Of a stretch of DNA of 64,000 nucleotides, positions 1-15,000 are shown one piece after another. Source of the DNA: Lingula anatina (Eukaryota; Animalia; Brachiopoda); NCBI GenBank assembly GCA_051362555.1, contig CM120640.1, forward strand, positions 30,709,967 through 30,773,966, given 5' to 3'. The first letter of the stretch is position 1; each line of letters opens with the position of its first letter. Under the pieces are notes generated by a model. It was not told the DNA's origin, ran no database searches, and was given only the letters and a program-made list of their open reading frames with translations. The position numbers and the translations under genes are program-made.

Positions 1-3000
1 AATTTGCAGACTTGAAATAGTTAAAAGTTAATAATTTTGTCTAATCTAGTCCAATATTTCTGAAATTTGTACAAATGATGCTTAACAACAATAAAAATCT
101 GTGATAAGCTGATCAATTGTCTGTGTCTAATGAAAAATGTTTTTTGGGACAACATATTTGGGAAAACTGAAAATTACATTGAAAAGACTTGCAAATCCCA
201 GGCCTTAAAATAGTTAAACATTAATAATTTTATCAAATCTTGTCCTATATTTCTGAAATTTATACAAATGATGCTTAACAACAATAAAAATCTGTGATAA
301 GCTGATCAGTTGTCTGTTTCTAATGAAAAGTTTTTTTAAGGACAATATATTTGCAAAAAACAAAAATTATATTGAAAAGACTGGCAAATCCCAGGCCTTA
401 AAATAGTTAAACGTTAAAAATTTTGTCAAATCTAGTCCAATATTTATGAAATTTGTACAAATGATGCTTAACAATAATAAAAATCTGTGATAAGCTGATC
501 AGTTATCTGAGTCTTTTTTTTAAGTGTCAAGTGTATGGGAAATTGACCATGAGAAGAGTGAGAATTAACCAAAACAAATATTTCAATATTGCAATGTATT
601 ATTTACTCTGAAAGTAAACAGCAAATGTGATGATTTGAGGTTGTTTGTGTAAGAGGTTGCAAATTACCTATAACTGTCATCTGGAAAACAATATATACCA
701 TACAAGAGTTCTCCTTACTACCTCTGCAAGATGCAGATTAGTCCTTTCTGGAAGGGGTTGTTGTTATCACAATACTCAACAAGGCCCTAAATCTTGCCAA
801 ATATCATGGAGAAGACACAGTGCTGCTCTTGGTGGTATCTTTCACTAACTGCTTTTTAAGCTTTTTCATGGTGAGGGTACTCTGAAACAAGAACAATATA
901 ACTGAAAGGACTGAAAATTACATTTGAAAAGAAAGACAAATTCGGTGACTTAATTAAAATAATTAAACGTTAATAATTTTGTCAAATCTGGTCCAATATT
1001 TCTGAAATTTGTACAAATGATGCTTAACAACAATAAAAATCAGTGATAAGCTGATCAGTTGTCTGTGTCTAATGAAAAGTGTTTTTTTGGACAACATATT
1101 TGGGAAAACTGAAAATTACATTGAAAAGACTGGCAAAACCCAGACCTTAAAATAGTTAAACATTAATAATTTTGTCAAATCTTGTGGAATATTTCTGAAA
1201 TTTGTACAAATGATGCTTAACAATAATAAAAATCTGTGATAAGCTGATCAGTTGTCTGTTTCTAATAAAAAGTTTTTTTTAGGACAATATATTTGCGAAA
1301 ACCTAAAATTACATTGAAAAGACTGGCAAAACCCAGACCTTAAAATAGTTAAACATTAATAATTTTGTCAAATCTTGTGGAATATTTCTGAAATTTGTAC
1401 AAATGATGCTTAACAATAATAGAAATCTGTGATAAGCTGATCAGTTGTCTGTTTCTAATGAAAAGTTTTTTTTAGGACAATATATTTGCGAAAACCTAAA
1501 ATTACATTGAAAAGACTGGCAAATCCCAGGCCTTAAAATAGTTAAACGTTAAAAATTTTGTCAAATTTTGTCCTATATTTCTGAAATTTGTACAAATGAT
1601 GCTTAACAATAATAGAAATCTGTGATAAGCTGATCAGTTGTCTGTTTCTAATGAAAAGTTTTTTTTAGGACAATATATTTGCGAAAACCTAAAATTACAT
1701 TGAAAAGACTGGCAAATCCCAGGCCTTAAAATAGTTAAACGTTAATAATTTTGTCAAATTTTGTCCTATATTTCTGAAATTTGTACAAATAATGCTTAAC
1801 AACAATAAAAATCTGTGATAAGCTGATCAGTTGTCTGTTTCTAATGAAAAGTTTTTTTAAGGACAATATATTTGCAAAAAACAAAAATTATATTGAAAAG
1901 ACTGGCAAATCCCAGTCCTTAAAATAGTTAAACGTTAAAAATTTTGTCAAATCTAGTCCAATATTTATGAAATTTGTACAAATGATGCTTAACAATAATA
2001 AAAATCTGTGATAAGCTGATCAGTTATCTGAGTCTTTTCTTTTAAGTGTCAAGTGTATGGGAAATTGACCATGAGAAGAGTGAGAATTAACCAAAACAAA
2101 TATTTCAATATTGCAATGTATTATTTACTCTGAAAGTAAACAGCAAATGTGATGATTTGAGGTTGTTTGTGTAAGAGGTTGCAAATTACCTATAACTGTC
2201 ATCTGGAAAACAATATATACCATACAAGAGTTCTCCTTACTACCTCTGCAAGATGCAGATTAGTCCTTTCTGGAAGGGGTTGTTGTTATCACAATACTCA
2301 ACAAGGCCCTAAATCTTGCCAAATATCATGGAGAAGACACAGTGCTGCTCTTGGTGGTATCTTTCACTAACTGCTTTTTAAGCTTTTTCATGGTGAGGGT
2401 ACTCTGAAACAAGAACAATATAACTGAAAGGACTGAAAATTACATTTGAAAAGAAAGACAAATTTGGTGACTTAATTAAAATAATTAAACGTTAATAATT
2501 TTGTCAAATCTGGTCTAATATTTCTGAAATTTGTACAAATGATGCTTAACAACAATAAAAATCAGTGATAAGCTGATCAGTTGTCTGTGTCTAATGAAAA
2601 GTGTTTTTTTGGACAACATATTTGGGAAAACTGAAAATTACATTGAAAAGACTGGCAAAACCCAGACCTTAAAATAGTTAAACATAAATAATTTTGTCAA
2701 ATCTTGTGGAATATTTCTGAAATTTGTACAAATGATGCTTAACAATAATAAAAATCTGTGATAAGCTGATCAGTTGTCTGTTTCTAATAAAAAGTTTTTT
2801 TTAGGACAATATATTTGCGAAAACCTAAAATTACATTGAAAAGACTGGCAAAACCCAGACCTTAAAATAGTTAAACATTAATAATTTTGTCAAATCTTGT
2901 GGAATATTTCTGAAATTTGTACAAATGATGCTTAACAATAATAAAAATCTGTGATAAGCTGATCAGTTGTCTGTTTCTAATAAAAAGTTTTTTTTAGGAC

Positions 3001-6000
3001 AATATATTTGCGAAAACCTAAAATTACATTGAAAAGACTGGCAAAACCCAGACCTTAAAATAGTTAAACATTAATAATTTTGTCAAATCTTGTGGAATAT
3101 TTCTGAAATTTGTACAAATGATGCTTAACAATAATAGAAATCTGTGATAAGCTGATCAGTTGTCTGTTTCTAATGAAAAGTTTTTTTTAGGACAATATAT
3201 TTGCGAAAACCTAAAATTACATTGAAAAGACTGGCAAATCCCAGGCCTTAAAATAGTTAAACATTAATAATTTTGTCAAATTTTGTCCTATATTTCTGAA
3301 ATTTGTACAAATGATGCTTAACAATAATAGAAATCTGTGATAAGCTGATCAGTTGTCTGTTTCTAATGAAAAGTTTTTTTTAGGACAATATATTTGGGAA
3401 AACCTAAAATTACATTGAAAAGACTGGCAAATCCCAGGCCTTAAAATAGTTAAACGTTAATAATTTTGTCAAATTTTGTCCTATATTTCTGAAATTTGTA
3501 CAAATAATGCTTAACAACAATAAAAATCTATGATAAGCTGATCAGTTGTCTGTGTCTAATGAAAAGTGTTTTTTGGGACAACATATTTGGGAAAACTGAA
3601 AATTACATTGAAAAGACTGGGAATTCGCAGGACTTGAAATAGTTAAACGTTAATAATTTTGTCAAATCTTGTCCTATATTTCTGAAATTTGTACAAATGA
3701 TGTTTAACAACAATAGAAATCTGTGATAAGGTGATCATTTGTTTGTACAGAATGAAAAGTGTTTTTTAGGACAATATATTTGCAAAAACCAAAAATTACA
3801 TTGAAAAGACTGGGAATTTGCAGGACTTGAAATAGTTAAACATTAATTATTTTGTCAAATCTTGTGGAATATTTCTGAAATTTGTACAAATGATGCTTAA
3901 CAACAATAAAAATCTGTGATAAGCTGATCAGTTGTCTGTGTATAATGAAAAGTGTTTTTTGGGACAACATATTTGGGAAAACTGAAAATTACATTGAAAA
4001 GACTGGCAAAACCCAGACCTCAAAATAGTTAAACGTTAATAATTTTGTCAAATCTGGTGGAATATTTCTGAAATTTGTACAAATGATGCTTAACAATAAT
4101 AAAAATCTGTGATAAGCTGATCAGTTATCTGAGTCTTTTCTTTTAAGTGTCAAGTGTATGGGAAATTGATCACGAGAAGAGTGAGAATTAACCAAAACAA
4201 ATATTTCAATATTGCAATGTATTATTTACTCTGAAAGTAAACAGCAAATGTGATGATTTGAGGTTGTTTGTGTAAGAGGTTGCAAATTACTTATAACTGT
4301 CATCTGGAAAACAATATATACCCATACAAGAGTTCTCCTTACTACCTCTGCAAGATGCAGATTAGTTCTTTCTGGAAGGGGTTGTTGTTATCACAATACT
4401 CAACAAGGCCCTAAATCTTGCCAAATATATCATGTATTGTACACATGGAGAAGACACAGTGCTACTCTTGGTGGTATCTTTCACTAACTGCTTTTTAAGC
4501 TTTTTCATGGTGAGGGTACTCTGAAACAAGAACAATATAACTGAAAGGACTGAAAATTACATTTGAAAAGAAAGACAAATTTGGTGACTTAATTAAAATA
4601 ATTAAACGTTAATAATTTTGTCAAATCTGGTCCAATATTTCTGAAATTTGAACAAATGATGATTAACAACTATAAAAATCAGTGATAAGCTGATCAGTTG
4701 TCTGTGTCTAATGAAAAGTGTTTTTTTGGACAACATATTTGGGAAAACTGAAAATTACATTGAAAAGACTGGCAAAACCCAGACCTTAAAATAGTTAAAC
4801 GTTAATAATTTTGTCAAATCTAGTCCAATATTTCTGAAATTTGTACAAATAATGCTTAACAACAATAAAAGTCTGTGATAAGCTGATCAGTTGTCTGTGT
4901 CTAATGAAAAGTGTTTTTTGGACAACATATTTGGGAAAACTGAAAATTACATTGAAAAGACTGGCAAAACCCAGACCTTAAAATAGTTAAACGTTAATAA
5001 TTTTGTCAAATCTAGTCCAATATTTCTGAAATTTGTACAAATAATGCTTAACAACAATAAAAGTCTATGATAAGCTGATCAGTTGTCTGTGTCTAATGAA
5101 AAGTGTTTTTTGGACAACATATTTGGGAAAACTGAAAATTATATTGAAAAGACTGGCAAAACCCAGACCTTAAAATAGTTAAACATTAATAATTTTGTCG
5201 GATCTTGTGGAATATTTCTGAAATTTGTGCAAATGATGCTTAACAATAAAAAAAATCTGTGATAAGCTGATCAGTTCTTTGTTTCTAATGAAAAGTTTTT
5301 TGGGACAACAAATTAGGGAAAACTGAAAATTACATTGAAAAGACTGGCAAATCCCAGGCCTTAAAATAGTTAAACGTTAATAATTTTGTCAAATTTTGTC
5401 CTATATTTCTGAAATTTGTACAAATAATGCTTAACAGCAATAAAAATCTGTGATAAGCTGATCAGTTGTCTGTGTTTAATGAAAAGTGTTTTTTTGGACA
5501 ACATATTTGGGAAAACTGAAAATTACATTGAAAAGACTGGGAATTCGCAGGACTTGAAATAGTTAAATGTTAATAATTTTGTCAAATCTTGTCCTATATT
5601 TATGAAATTTGTACAAATGATGCTTAACAACAATAGAAATCTGTGATATGCTGATCAGTTGTTTGTATAGAATGAAAAGTGTTTTTTAGGACAATATATT
5701 TGCGAAAACCAAAAATTACATTGAAAAGACTGGGAATTTGCAGGACTTGAAATAGTTAAACGTTAATAATTTTGTCAAATCTAATCCAATATTTATGAAA
5801 TTTGTACAAATGATGCTTAACAACAATAAAAATCTGTGATATGCTGATCAGTTGTCTGTGTGCAATGAAAAGTGTTTTTTGGGACAACAAATTTGGGAAA
5901 ACTGACAATTACATTGAAAAGACTGGCAAAACCCAGACCTCAAAATAGTTAAACGTTAATAATTTTGTCAAATCTGGTGGAATATTTCTGAAATTTGTAC

Positions 6001-9000
6001 AAATGATGCTTAACAATAATAAAAACCTGTGATAAGCTGATCAGTTATCTGAGTCTTTTCTTTTAAGTGTCAAGTGTATGGGAAATTGATCACGAGAAGA
6101 GTGAGAATTAACCAAAACAAATATTTCAATATTGCAATGTATTATTTACTCTGAAAGTAAACAGCAAATGTGATGATTTGAGGTTGTTTGTGTAAGAGGT
6201 TGCAAATTACCTATAACTGTCATCTGGAAAACAATATGTACCCATACAAGAGTTCTGCTCTGCAAGATGCAGATTAGTTCTTTCTGGAAGGGGTTGTTGT
6301 TATCACAATACTCAACAAGGCCCTAAATCTTGCCAAATATCATGTATTGTACACATGGAGAAGACACAGTGCTGCTCTTGGTGGTATCTTTCACTAACTG
6401 CTTTTTAAGCTTTTTCATGGTAAGGGTACTCTGAAACAAGAACAATATAACTGAAAGGACTGAAAATTACATTTGAAAAGAATGACAAATTCGGTGACTT
6501 AATTAAAATAATTAAACGTTAATAATTTTGTCAAATCTGGTCCAATATTTCTGAAATTTGAACAAATGATGCTTAACAACAATAAAAATCAGTGATAAGC
6601 TGATCAGTTGTCTGTGTCTAATGAAAAGTGTTTTTTGGGACAACATATTTGGGAAAACTGAAAATTACATGAAAAAGACTGGGAATTTGCAGGACTTGAA
6701 ATAGTTAAACGTTAATAATTTTGTCTAATCTAGTCCAATATTTCTGAAATTTGTACAAATGATGCTTAACTACAATTAAAATTTGTGATAAGCTGATCAG
6801 TTGTCTGTGTGTAATGAAAAGTGTTTTTTGGGACAACAAATTTGGGAAAACTGAAAATTACATTGAAAAGACTGGCAAATCCCAGGCCTTAAAATAGTTA
6901 AACGTTAATAATTTTGTCAAATTTTGTCCAATATTTCTGAAATTTGTACAAATGATGCTTAACAAAAATAGAAATCTGTGATAAGCTGATCAGTTGTCTG
7001 TATTGAATGAAAAGTGTATTTTAGGACAATATATTTGCGAAAACCAAAAATTACATTGAAAAGACTGGGAATTCGCAGGACTTGAAATAGTTAAACGTTA
7101 ATAATTTTGTCAAATCTAGTCCAATATTTATGAAATTTGTACAAATGATGCTTAACAACAATAAAAATCTGTGATAAGCTAATCAGTTGTCTGTGTTTAA
7201 TGAAAAGTGTTTTTTGGGACAACATATTTGGGAAAACTGAAAATTACATTGAAAAGACTGGCAAAACCCAGACCTTAAAATAGTTAAACGTTAATAATTT
7301 TGTCAAATTTTGTCCAATATATCTGATATTTGTACAAATGATGCTTAACAACAATAGAAATCTGTGATAAGCTGATCAGTTGTCTGTATTGAATGAAAAG
7401 TGTTTTTTAAGCTGATCAGTTATCTGAGTCTTTTCTTTTAAGTGTCAAGTGTATGGGAAATTGATCATCAGAAGAGTGAGAATTAACCAAAACAAATATT
7501 TCAATATTGCAATGTATTATTTACTCTTAAAGTAAACAGCAAATGTGATGATTTGAGGTTGTTTGTGTAAGAGGTTGCAAATTACCTATAACTGTCATCT
7601 GGAAAACAATATATACCATACAAGAGTTCTCCTTACTACCTCTGCAAGATGCAGATTAGTCCTTTCTGGAAGGGGTTGTTGTTATCACAATACTCAACAA
7701 GGCCCTAAATCTTGCCAAATATCATGTATTGTACACATGGAGAAGATACAGTGCTGCTCTTGGTGGTATCTTTCACTAACTGCTTTTTAAGCTTTTTCAT
7801 GGTGAGGGTACTCTGAAACAAGAACAATATAACTGAAAGGACTGAAAATTACATTTGAAAAGAAAGAAAAATTTGGTGACTTAATTAAAATAATTAAACG
7901 TTAATAATTTTGTCAAATCTGGTCTAATATTTCTGAAATTTGTACAAATGATGCTTAACAACAATAAAAATCAGTGATAAGCTGATCAGTTGTCTGTATT
8001 GAATGAAAAGTGTTTTTTTGGACAACATATTTGGGAAAACTGAAAATTACATTGAAAAGACTGGCAAAACTCAGACCTTAAAATAGTTAAACATTAATAA
8101 TTTTGTCAAATCTTGTGGAATATTTCTGAAATTTGTACAAATGATGCTTAACAATAATAAAAATCTGTGATAAGCTGATCAGTTGTCTGTTTCTAATAAA
8201 AAGTTTTTTTTAGGACAATATATTTGCGAAAACCTAAAATTACATTGAAAAGACTGGCAAAACCCAGACCTTAAAATAGTTAAACATTAATAATTTTGTC
8301 AAATCTTGTGGAATATTTCTGAAATTTGTACAAATGATGCGTAACAATAATAGAAATCTGTGATAAGCTGATCAGTTGTCTGTTTCTAATGAAAAGTTTT
8401 TTTTAGGACAATATATTTGCAAAAACCTAAAATTACATTGAAAAGACTGGCAAATCCCAGGCCTTAAAATAGTTAAACGTTAATAATTTTGTCAAATTTT
8501 GTCCTATATTTCTGAAATTTGTACAAATAATGCTTAACAACAATAAAAATCTGTGATAAGCTGATCAGTTGTCTGTGTGTAATGAAAAGTGTTTTTTGGG
8601 ACAACATATTTGGGAAAACTGAAAATTACATTGAAAAGACTGGGAATTCGCAGGACTTGAAATAGTTAAACGTTAATAATTTTGTCAAATCTTGTCCCAT
8701 ATTTCTGAAATTTGTACAAATGATGTTTAACAACAATAGAAATCTGTGATAAGGTGATCATTTGTTTGTATAGAATGAAAAGTGTTTTTTAGGACAATAT
8801 ATTTGCAAAAACCAAAAATTACATTGAAAAGACTGGGAATTTGCAGGACTTGAAATAGTTAAACATTAATAATTTTGTCAAATCTTGTGGAATATTTCTG
8901 AAATTTGTACAAATGATGCTTAACAACAATAAAAATCTGTGATAAGCTGATCAGTTGTCTGTGTATAATGAAAAGTGTTTTTTGGGACAACATATTTGGG

Positions 9001-12000
9001 AAAACTGAAAATTACATTGAAAAGACTGGCAAAACCCAGACCTCAAATAGTTAAACATTAATAATTTTGTCAAATCTGCTGGAATATTTCTGAAATTTGT
9101 ACAAATGATGCTTAACAATAATAAAAATCTGTGATAAGCTGATCAGTTATCTGAGTCTTTTCTTTTAAGTGTCAAGTGTATGGAAAATTGATCATCAGAA
9201 GAGTGAGAATTAACCAAAACAAATATTTCAATATTGCAATGTATTATTTACTCTGAAAGTAAACAGCAAATGTGATGATTTGAGGTTGTTTGTGTAAGAG
9301 GTTGCAAATTACCTATAACTGTCATCTGGAAAACAATATATACCATACAAGAGTTCTCCTTACTACCTCTGCAAGATGCAGATTAGTCCTTTCTGGAAGG
9401 GGTTGTTGTTATCACAATACTCAACAAGGCCCTAAATCTTGCCAAATATCATGTATTGTACACATGGAGAAGATACAGTGCTGCTCTTGGTGGTATCTTT
9501 CACTAACTGCTTTTTAAGCTTTTTCATGGTGAGGGTACTCTGAAACAAGAACAATATAACTGAAAGGACTGAAAATTACATTTGAAAAGAAAGAAAAATT
9601 TGGTGACTTAATTAAAATAATTAAACGTTAATAATTTTGTCAAATCTGGTCTAATATTTCTGAAATTTGTACAAATGATGCTTAACAACAATAAAAATCA
9701 GTGATAAGCTGATCAGTTGTCTGTATTGAATGAAAAGTGTTTTTTTGGACAACATATTTGGGAAAACTGAAAATTACATTGAAAAGACTGGCAAAACTCA
9801 GACCTTAAAATAGTTAAACATTAATAATTTTGTCAAATCTTGTGGAATATTTCTGAAATTTGTACAAATGATGCTTAACAATAATAAAAATCTGTGATAA
9901 GCTGATCAGTTGTCTGTTTCTAATAAAAAGTTTTTTTTAGGACAATATATTTGCGAAAACCTAAAATTACATTGAAAAGACTGGCAAAACCCAGACCTTA
10001 AAATAGTTAAACATTAATAATTTTGTCAAATCTTGTGGAATATTTCTGAAATTTGTACAAATGATGCTTAACAATAATAGAAATCTGTGATAAGCTGATC
10101 AGTTGTCTGTTTCTAATGAAAAGTTTTTTTTAGGACAATATATTTGCAAAAACCTAAAATTACATTGAAAAGACTGGCAAATCCCAGGCCTTAAAATAGT
10201 TAAACGTTAATAATTTTGTCAAATTTTGTCCTATATTTCTGAAATTTGTACAAATAATGCTTAACAACAATAAAAATCTGTGATAAGCTGATCAGTTGTC
10301 TGTGTGTAATGAAAAGTGTTTTTTGGGACAACATATTTGGGAAAACTGAAAATTACATTGAAAAGACTGGGAATTCGCAGGACTTGAAATAGTTAAACGT
10401 TAATAATTTTGTCAAATCTTGTCCCATATTTCTGAAATTTGTACAAATGATGTTTAACAACAATAGAAATCTGTGATAAGGTGATCATTTGTTTGTATAG
10501 AATGAAAAGTGTTTTTTAGGACAATATATTTGCAAAAACCAAAAATTACATTGAAAAGACTGGGAATTTGCAGGACTTGAAATAGTTAAACATTAATAAT
10601 TTTGTCAAATCTTGTGGAATATTTCTGAAATTTGTACAAATGATGCTTAACAACAATAAAAATCTGTGATAAGCTGATCAGTTGTCTGTGTATAATGAAA
10701 AGTGTTTTTTGGGACAACATATTTGGGAAAACTGAAAATTACATTGAAAAGACTGGCAAAACCCAGACCTCAAATAGTTAAACATTAATAATTTTGTCAA
10801 ATCTGCTGGAATATTTCTGAAATTTGTACAAATGATGCTTAACAATAATAAAAATCTGTGATAAGCTGATCAGTTATCTGAGTCTTTTCTTTTAAGTGTC
10901 AAGTGTATGGAAAATTGATCATCAGAAGAGTGAGAATTAACCAAAACAAATATTTCAATATTGCAATGTATTATTTACTCTGAAAGTAAACAGCAAATGT
11001 GATGATTTGAGGTTGTTTGTGTAAGAGGTTGCAAATTACCTATAACTGGAAAACAATATATACCATACAAGAGTTCTCCTTACTACCTCTGCAAGATGCA
11101 GATTAGTCCTTTCTGGAAGGGGTTGTTGTTATCACAATACTCAACAAGGCCCTAAATCTTGCCAAATATCATGTATTGTACACATGGAGAAGATACAGTG
11201 CTGCTCTTGGTGGTATCTTTCACTAACTGCTTTTTAAGCTTTTTCATGGTGAGGGTACTCTGAAACAAGAACAATATAACTGAAAGGACTGAAAATTACA
11301 TTTGAAAAGAAAGACAAATTCAGTGACTTAATTAAAATAATTAAACGTTAATAATTTTGTCAAATCTGGTCCAATATTTCTGAAATTTGAACAAATGATG
11401 ATTAACAACTATAAAAATCAGTGATAAGCTGATCAGTTGTCTGTGTCTAATGAAAAGTTTTTTTAGGACAATATATTTGCGAAAACCAAAAATTACATTG
11501 AAAAGACTGGCAAATCCCAGGCCTCAAAATAGTTAAACGTTAATAATTTTGTCAAATCTAGTCCAATATTTCTGAAATTTGTACAAATAATGCTTAACAA
11601 CAATAAAAGTCTGTGATAAGCTGATCAGTTGTCTGTGTCTAATGAAAAGTGTTTTTTGGACAACATATTTGGGAAAACTGAAAATTACATTGAAAAGACT
11701 GGCAAAACCCAGACCTTAAAATAGTTAAACATTAATAATTTTGTCGGATCTTGTGGAATATTTCTGAAATTTGTGCAAATGATGCTTAACAATAAAAAAA
11801 ATCTGTGATAAGCTGATCAGTTCTTTGTTTGTAATGAAAAGTTTTTTGGGACAACAAATTAGGGAAAACTGAAAATTACATTGAAAAGACTGGCAAATCC
11901 CAGGCCTTAAAATAGTTAAACGTTAATAATTTTGTCAAATTTTGTCCTATATTTCTGAAATTTGTACAAATAATGCTTAACAGCAATAAAAATCTGTGAT

Positions 12001-15000
12001 AAGCTGATCAGTTGTCTGTGTTTAATGAAAAGTGTTTTTTTGGACAACATATTTGGGAAAACTGAAAATTACATTGAAAAGACTGGGAATTCGCAGGACT
12101 TGAAATAGTTAAACGTTAATAATTTTGTCAAATCTTGTCCTATATTTCTGAAATTTGTACAAATGATGCTTAACAACAATAGAAATCTGTGATATGCTGA
12201 TCAGTTGTTTGTATAGAATGAAAAGTGTTTTTTAGGACAATATATTTGCGAAAACCAAAAATTACATTGAAAAGACTGGGAATTTGCAGGACTTGAAATA
12301 GTTAAACGTTAATAATTTTGTCAAATCTATTCCAATATTTATGAAATTTGTACAAATGATGCTTAACAACAATAAAAATCTGTGATATGCTGATCAGTTG
12401 TCTGTGTGTAATGAAAAGTGTTTTTTGGGACAACAAATTTGGGAAAACTGACAATTACATTGAAAAGACTGGCAAAACCCAGACCTCAAAATAGTTAAAC
12501 GTTAATAATTTTGTCAAATCTTGTGGAATATTTCTGAAATTTGTACAAATGATGCTTAACAATAATAAAAATCTGTGATAAGCTGATCAGTTATCTGAGT
12601 CTTTTCTTTTAAGTGTCAAGTGTATGGGAAATTGATCATCGGAAGAGTGAGAATTAACCAAAACAAATATTTCAATATTGCAATGTATTATTTACTCTGA
12701 AAGTAAACAGCAAATGTGATGATTTGAGGTTGTTTGTGTAAGAGGTTGCAAATTACCTATAACTGTCATCTGGAAAACAATATATACCCATACAAGAGTT
12801 CTCCTTACTACCTCTGCAAGATGCAGATTAGTTCTTTCTGGAAGGGGTTGTTGTTATCACAATACTCAACAAGGCCCTAAATCTTGCCAAATATCATGTA
12901 TTGTACACATGGAGAAGACACAGTGCTGCTCTTGGTGGTATCTTTCACTAACTGCTTTTTAAGCTTTTTCATGGTAAGGGTACTCTGAAACAAGAACAAT
13001 ATAACTGAAAGGACTGAAAATTACATTTGAAAAGAATGACAAATTCGGTGACTTAATTAAAATAATTAAACGTTAATAATTTTGTCAAATCTGGTCCAAT
13101 ATTTCTGAAATTTGAACAAATGATGCTTAACAACAATAAAAATCAGTGATAAGCTGATCAGTTGTCTGTGTCTAATGAAAAGTGTTTTTTGGGACAACAA
13201 ATTTGGGAAAACTGAAAATTACATTGAAAAGACTGGCAAATCCCAGGCCTTAAAATAGTTAAACGTTAATAATTTTGTCAAATTTTGTCCTATATTTCTG
13301 AAATTTGTACAAATAATGCTTAACAACAATAGAAATCTGTGATAAGCTGATCAGTTGTCTGTTTCTAATGAAAAGTTTTTTTTAGAACAATATATTTGCG
13401 AAAACCAAAAATTACATTGAAAATACTGGGAATTCGCAGGACTTGAAATAGTTAAACGTTAATAATTTTGTCAAATCTTGTCTTATATTTCTGAAATTTG
13501 TACAAATGATGCTTAACAACAACAGAAATCTGTGATAAGCTGATCAAATGTCTGTATTGAATGAAAAGTGTTTTTTGGGACAACAAATTTGGGAAAACTG
13601 AAAATTACATTGAAAAGACTGGTAAATCCCAGGCCTTAAAATAGTTAAACGTTAATAATTTTGTCAAATTTTGTCCTATATTTCTGAAATTTGTACAAAT
13701 GATGCTTAACAAAAATAGAAATCTGAGAAAAGCTGATCAGTTGTTTGTATTGAATGAAAAGTGTTTTTTAGGACAATATATTTGTGAAAACCAAAAATTA
13801 CATTGAAAAGACTGGCAAAACCCAGACCTCAAATAGTTAAACATTAATAATTTTGTCAAATCTGCTGGAATATTTCTGAAATTTGTACAAATGATGCTTA
13901 ACAATAATAAAAATCTGTGATAAGCTGATCAGTTATCTGAGTCTTTTCTTTTAAGTGTCAAGTGTATGGGAAATTGATCACGAGAAGAGTGAGAATTAAC
14001 CAAAACAAATATTTCAATATTGCAATGTATTATTTACTCTGAAAGTAAACAGCAAATGTGATGATTTGAGGTTGTTTGTGTAAGAGGTTGCAAATTACCT
14101 ATAACTGGAAAACAATATATACCATACAAGAGTTCTCCTTACTACCTCTGCAAGATGCAGATTAGTCCTTTCTGGAAGGGGTTGTTGTTATCACAATACT
14201 CAACAAGGCCCTAAATCTTGCCAAATATCATGTATTGTACACATGGAGAAGACACAGTGCTACTCTTGGTGGTATCTTTCACTAACTGCTTTTTAAGCTT
14301 TTTCATGGTGAGGGTACTCTGAAACAAGAACAATATAACTGAAAGGACTGAAAATTACATTTGAAAAGAAAGACAAATTCGGTGACTTAATTAAAATAAT
14401 TAAACGTTAATAATTTTGTCAAATCTGGTCTAATATTTCTGAAATTTGTACAAATTATGCTTAACAACAATAGAAATCTGTGATAAGCTGATCAGTTGTT
14501 TGTATAGAATGAAAAGTGTTTTAAATATATTTGCGAAAACCAAAAATTACATTGAAAAGACTGGGAATTCGCAGGACTTGAAATAGTTAAACATTAATAA
14601 TTTTGTCAAATCAATTCCAATATTTATGAAATTTGTACAAATGATGCTTAACAACAATAAAAATCTGTGATATGCTGATCAGTTGTCTGTGTGTAATAAA
14701 AAGTGTTTTTTGGGACAACAAATTTGGGAAAACTGAAAATTACATTGAAAAGACTGGTAAATCCCAGGCCTTAAAATAGTTAAACGTTAATAATTTTGTC
14801 AAATTTTGTCCTATATTTCTGAAATTTGTACACATGATGCTTAACAAAAATAGAAATCTGTGATAAGTTGATCAGTTGTCTGCATTGAATGAAAAGTGTT
14901 TTTTAGGACAATATATTTGCGAAAACCAAAAATTACATTGAAAAGACTGGGAATTCGCAGGACTTGAAATAGTTAAACGTTAATAATTTTGTCAAATCTG

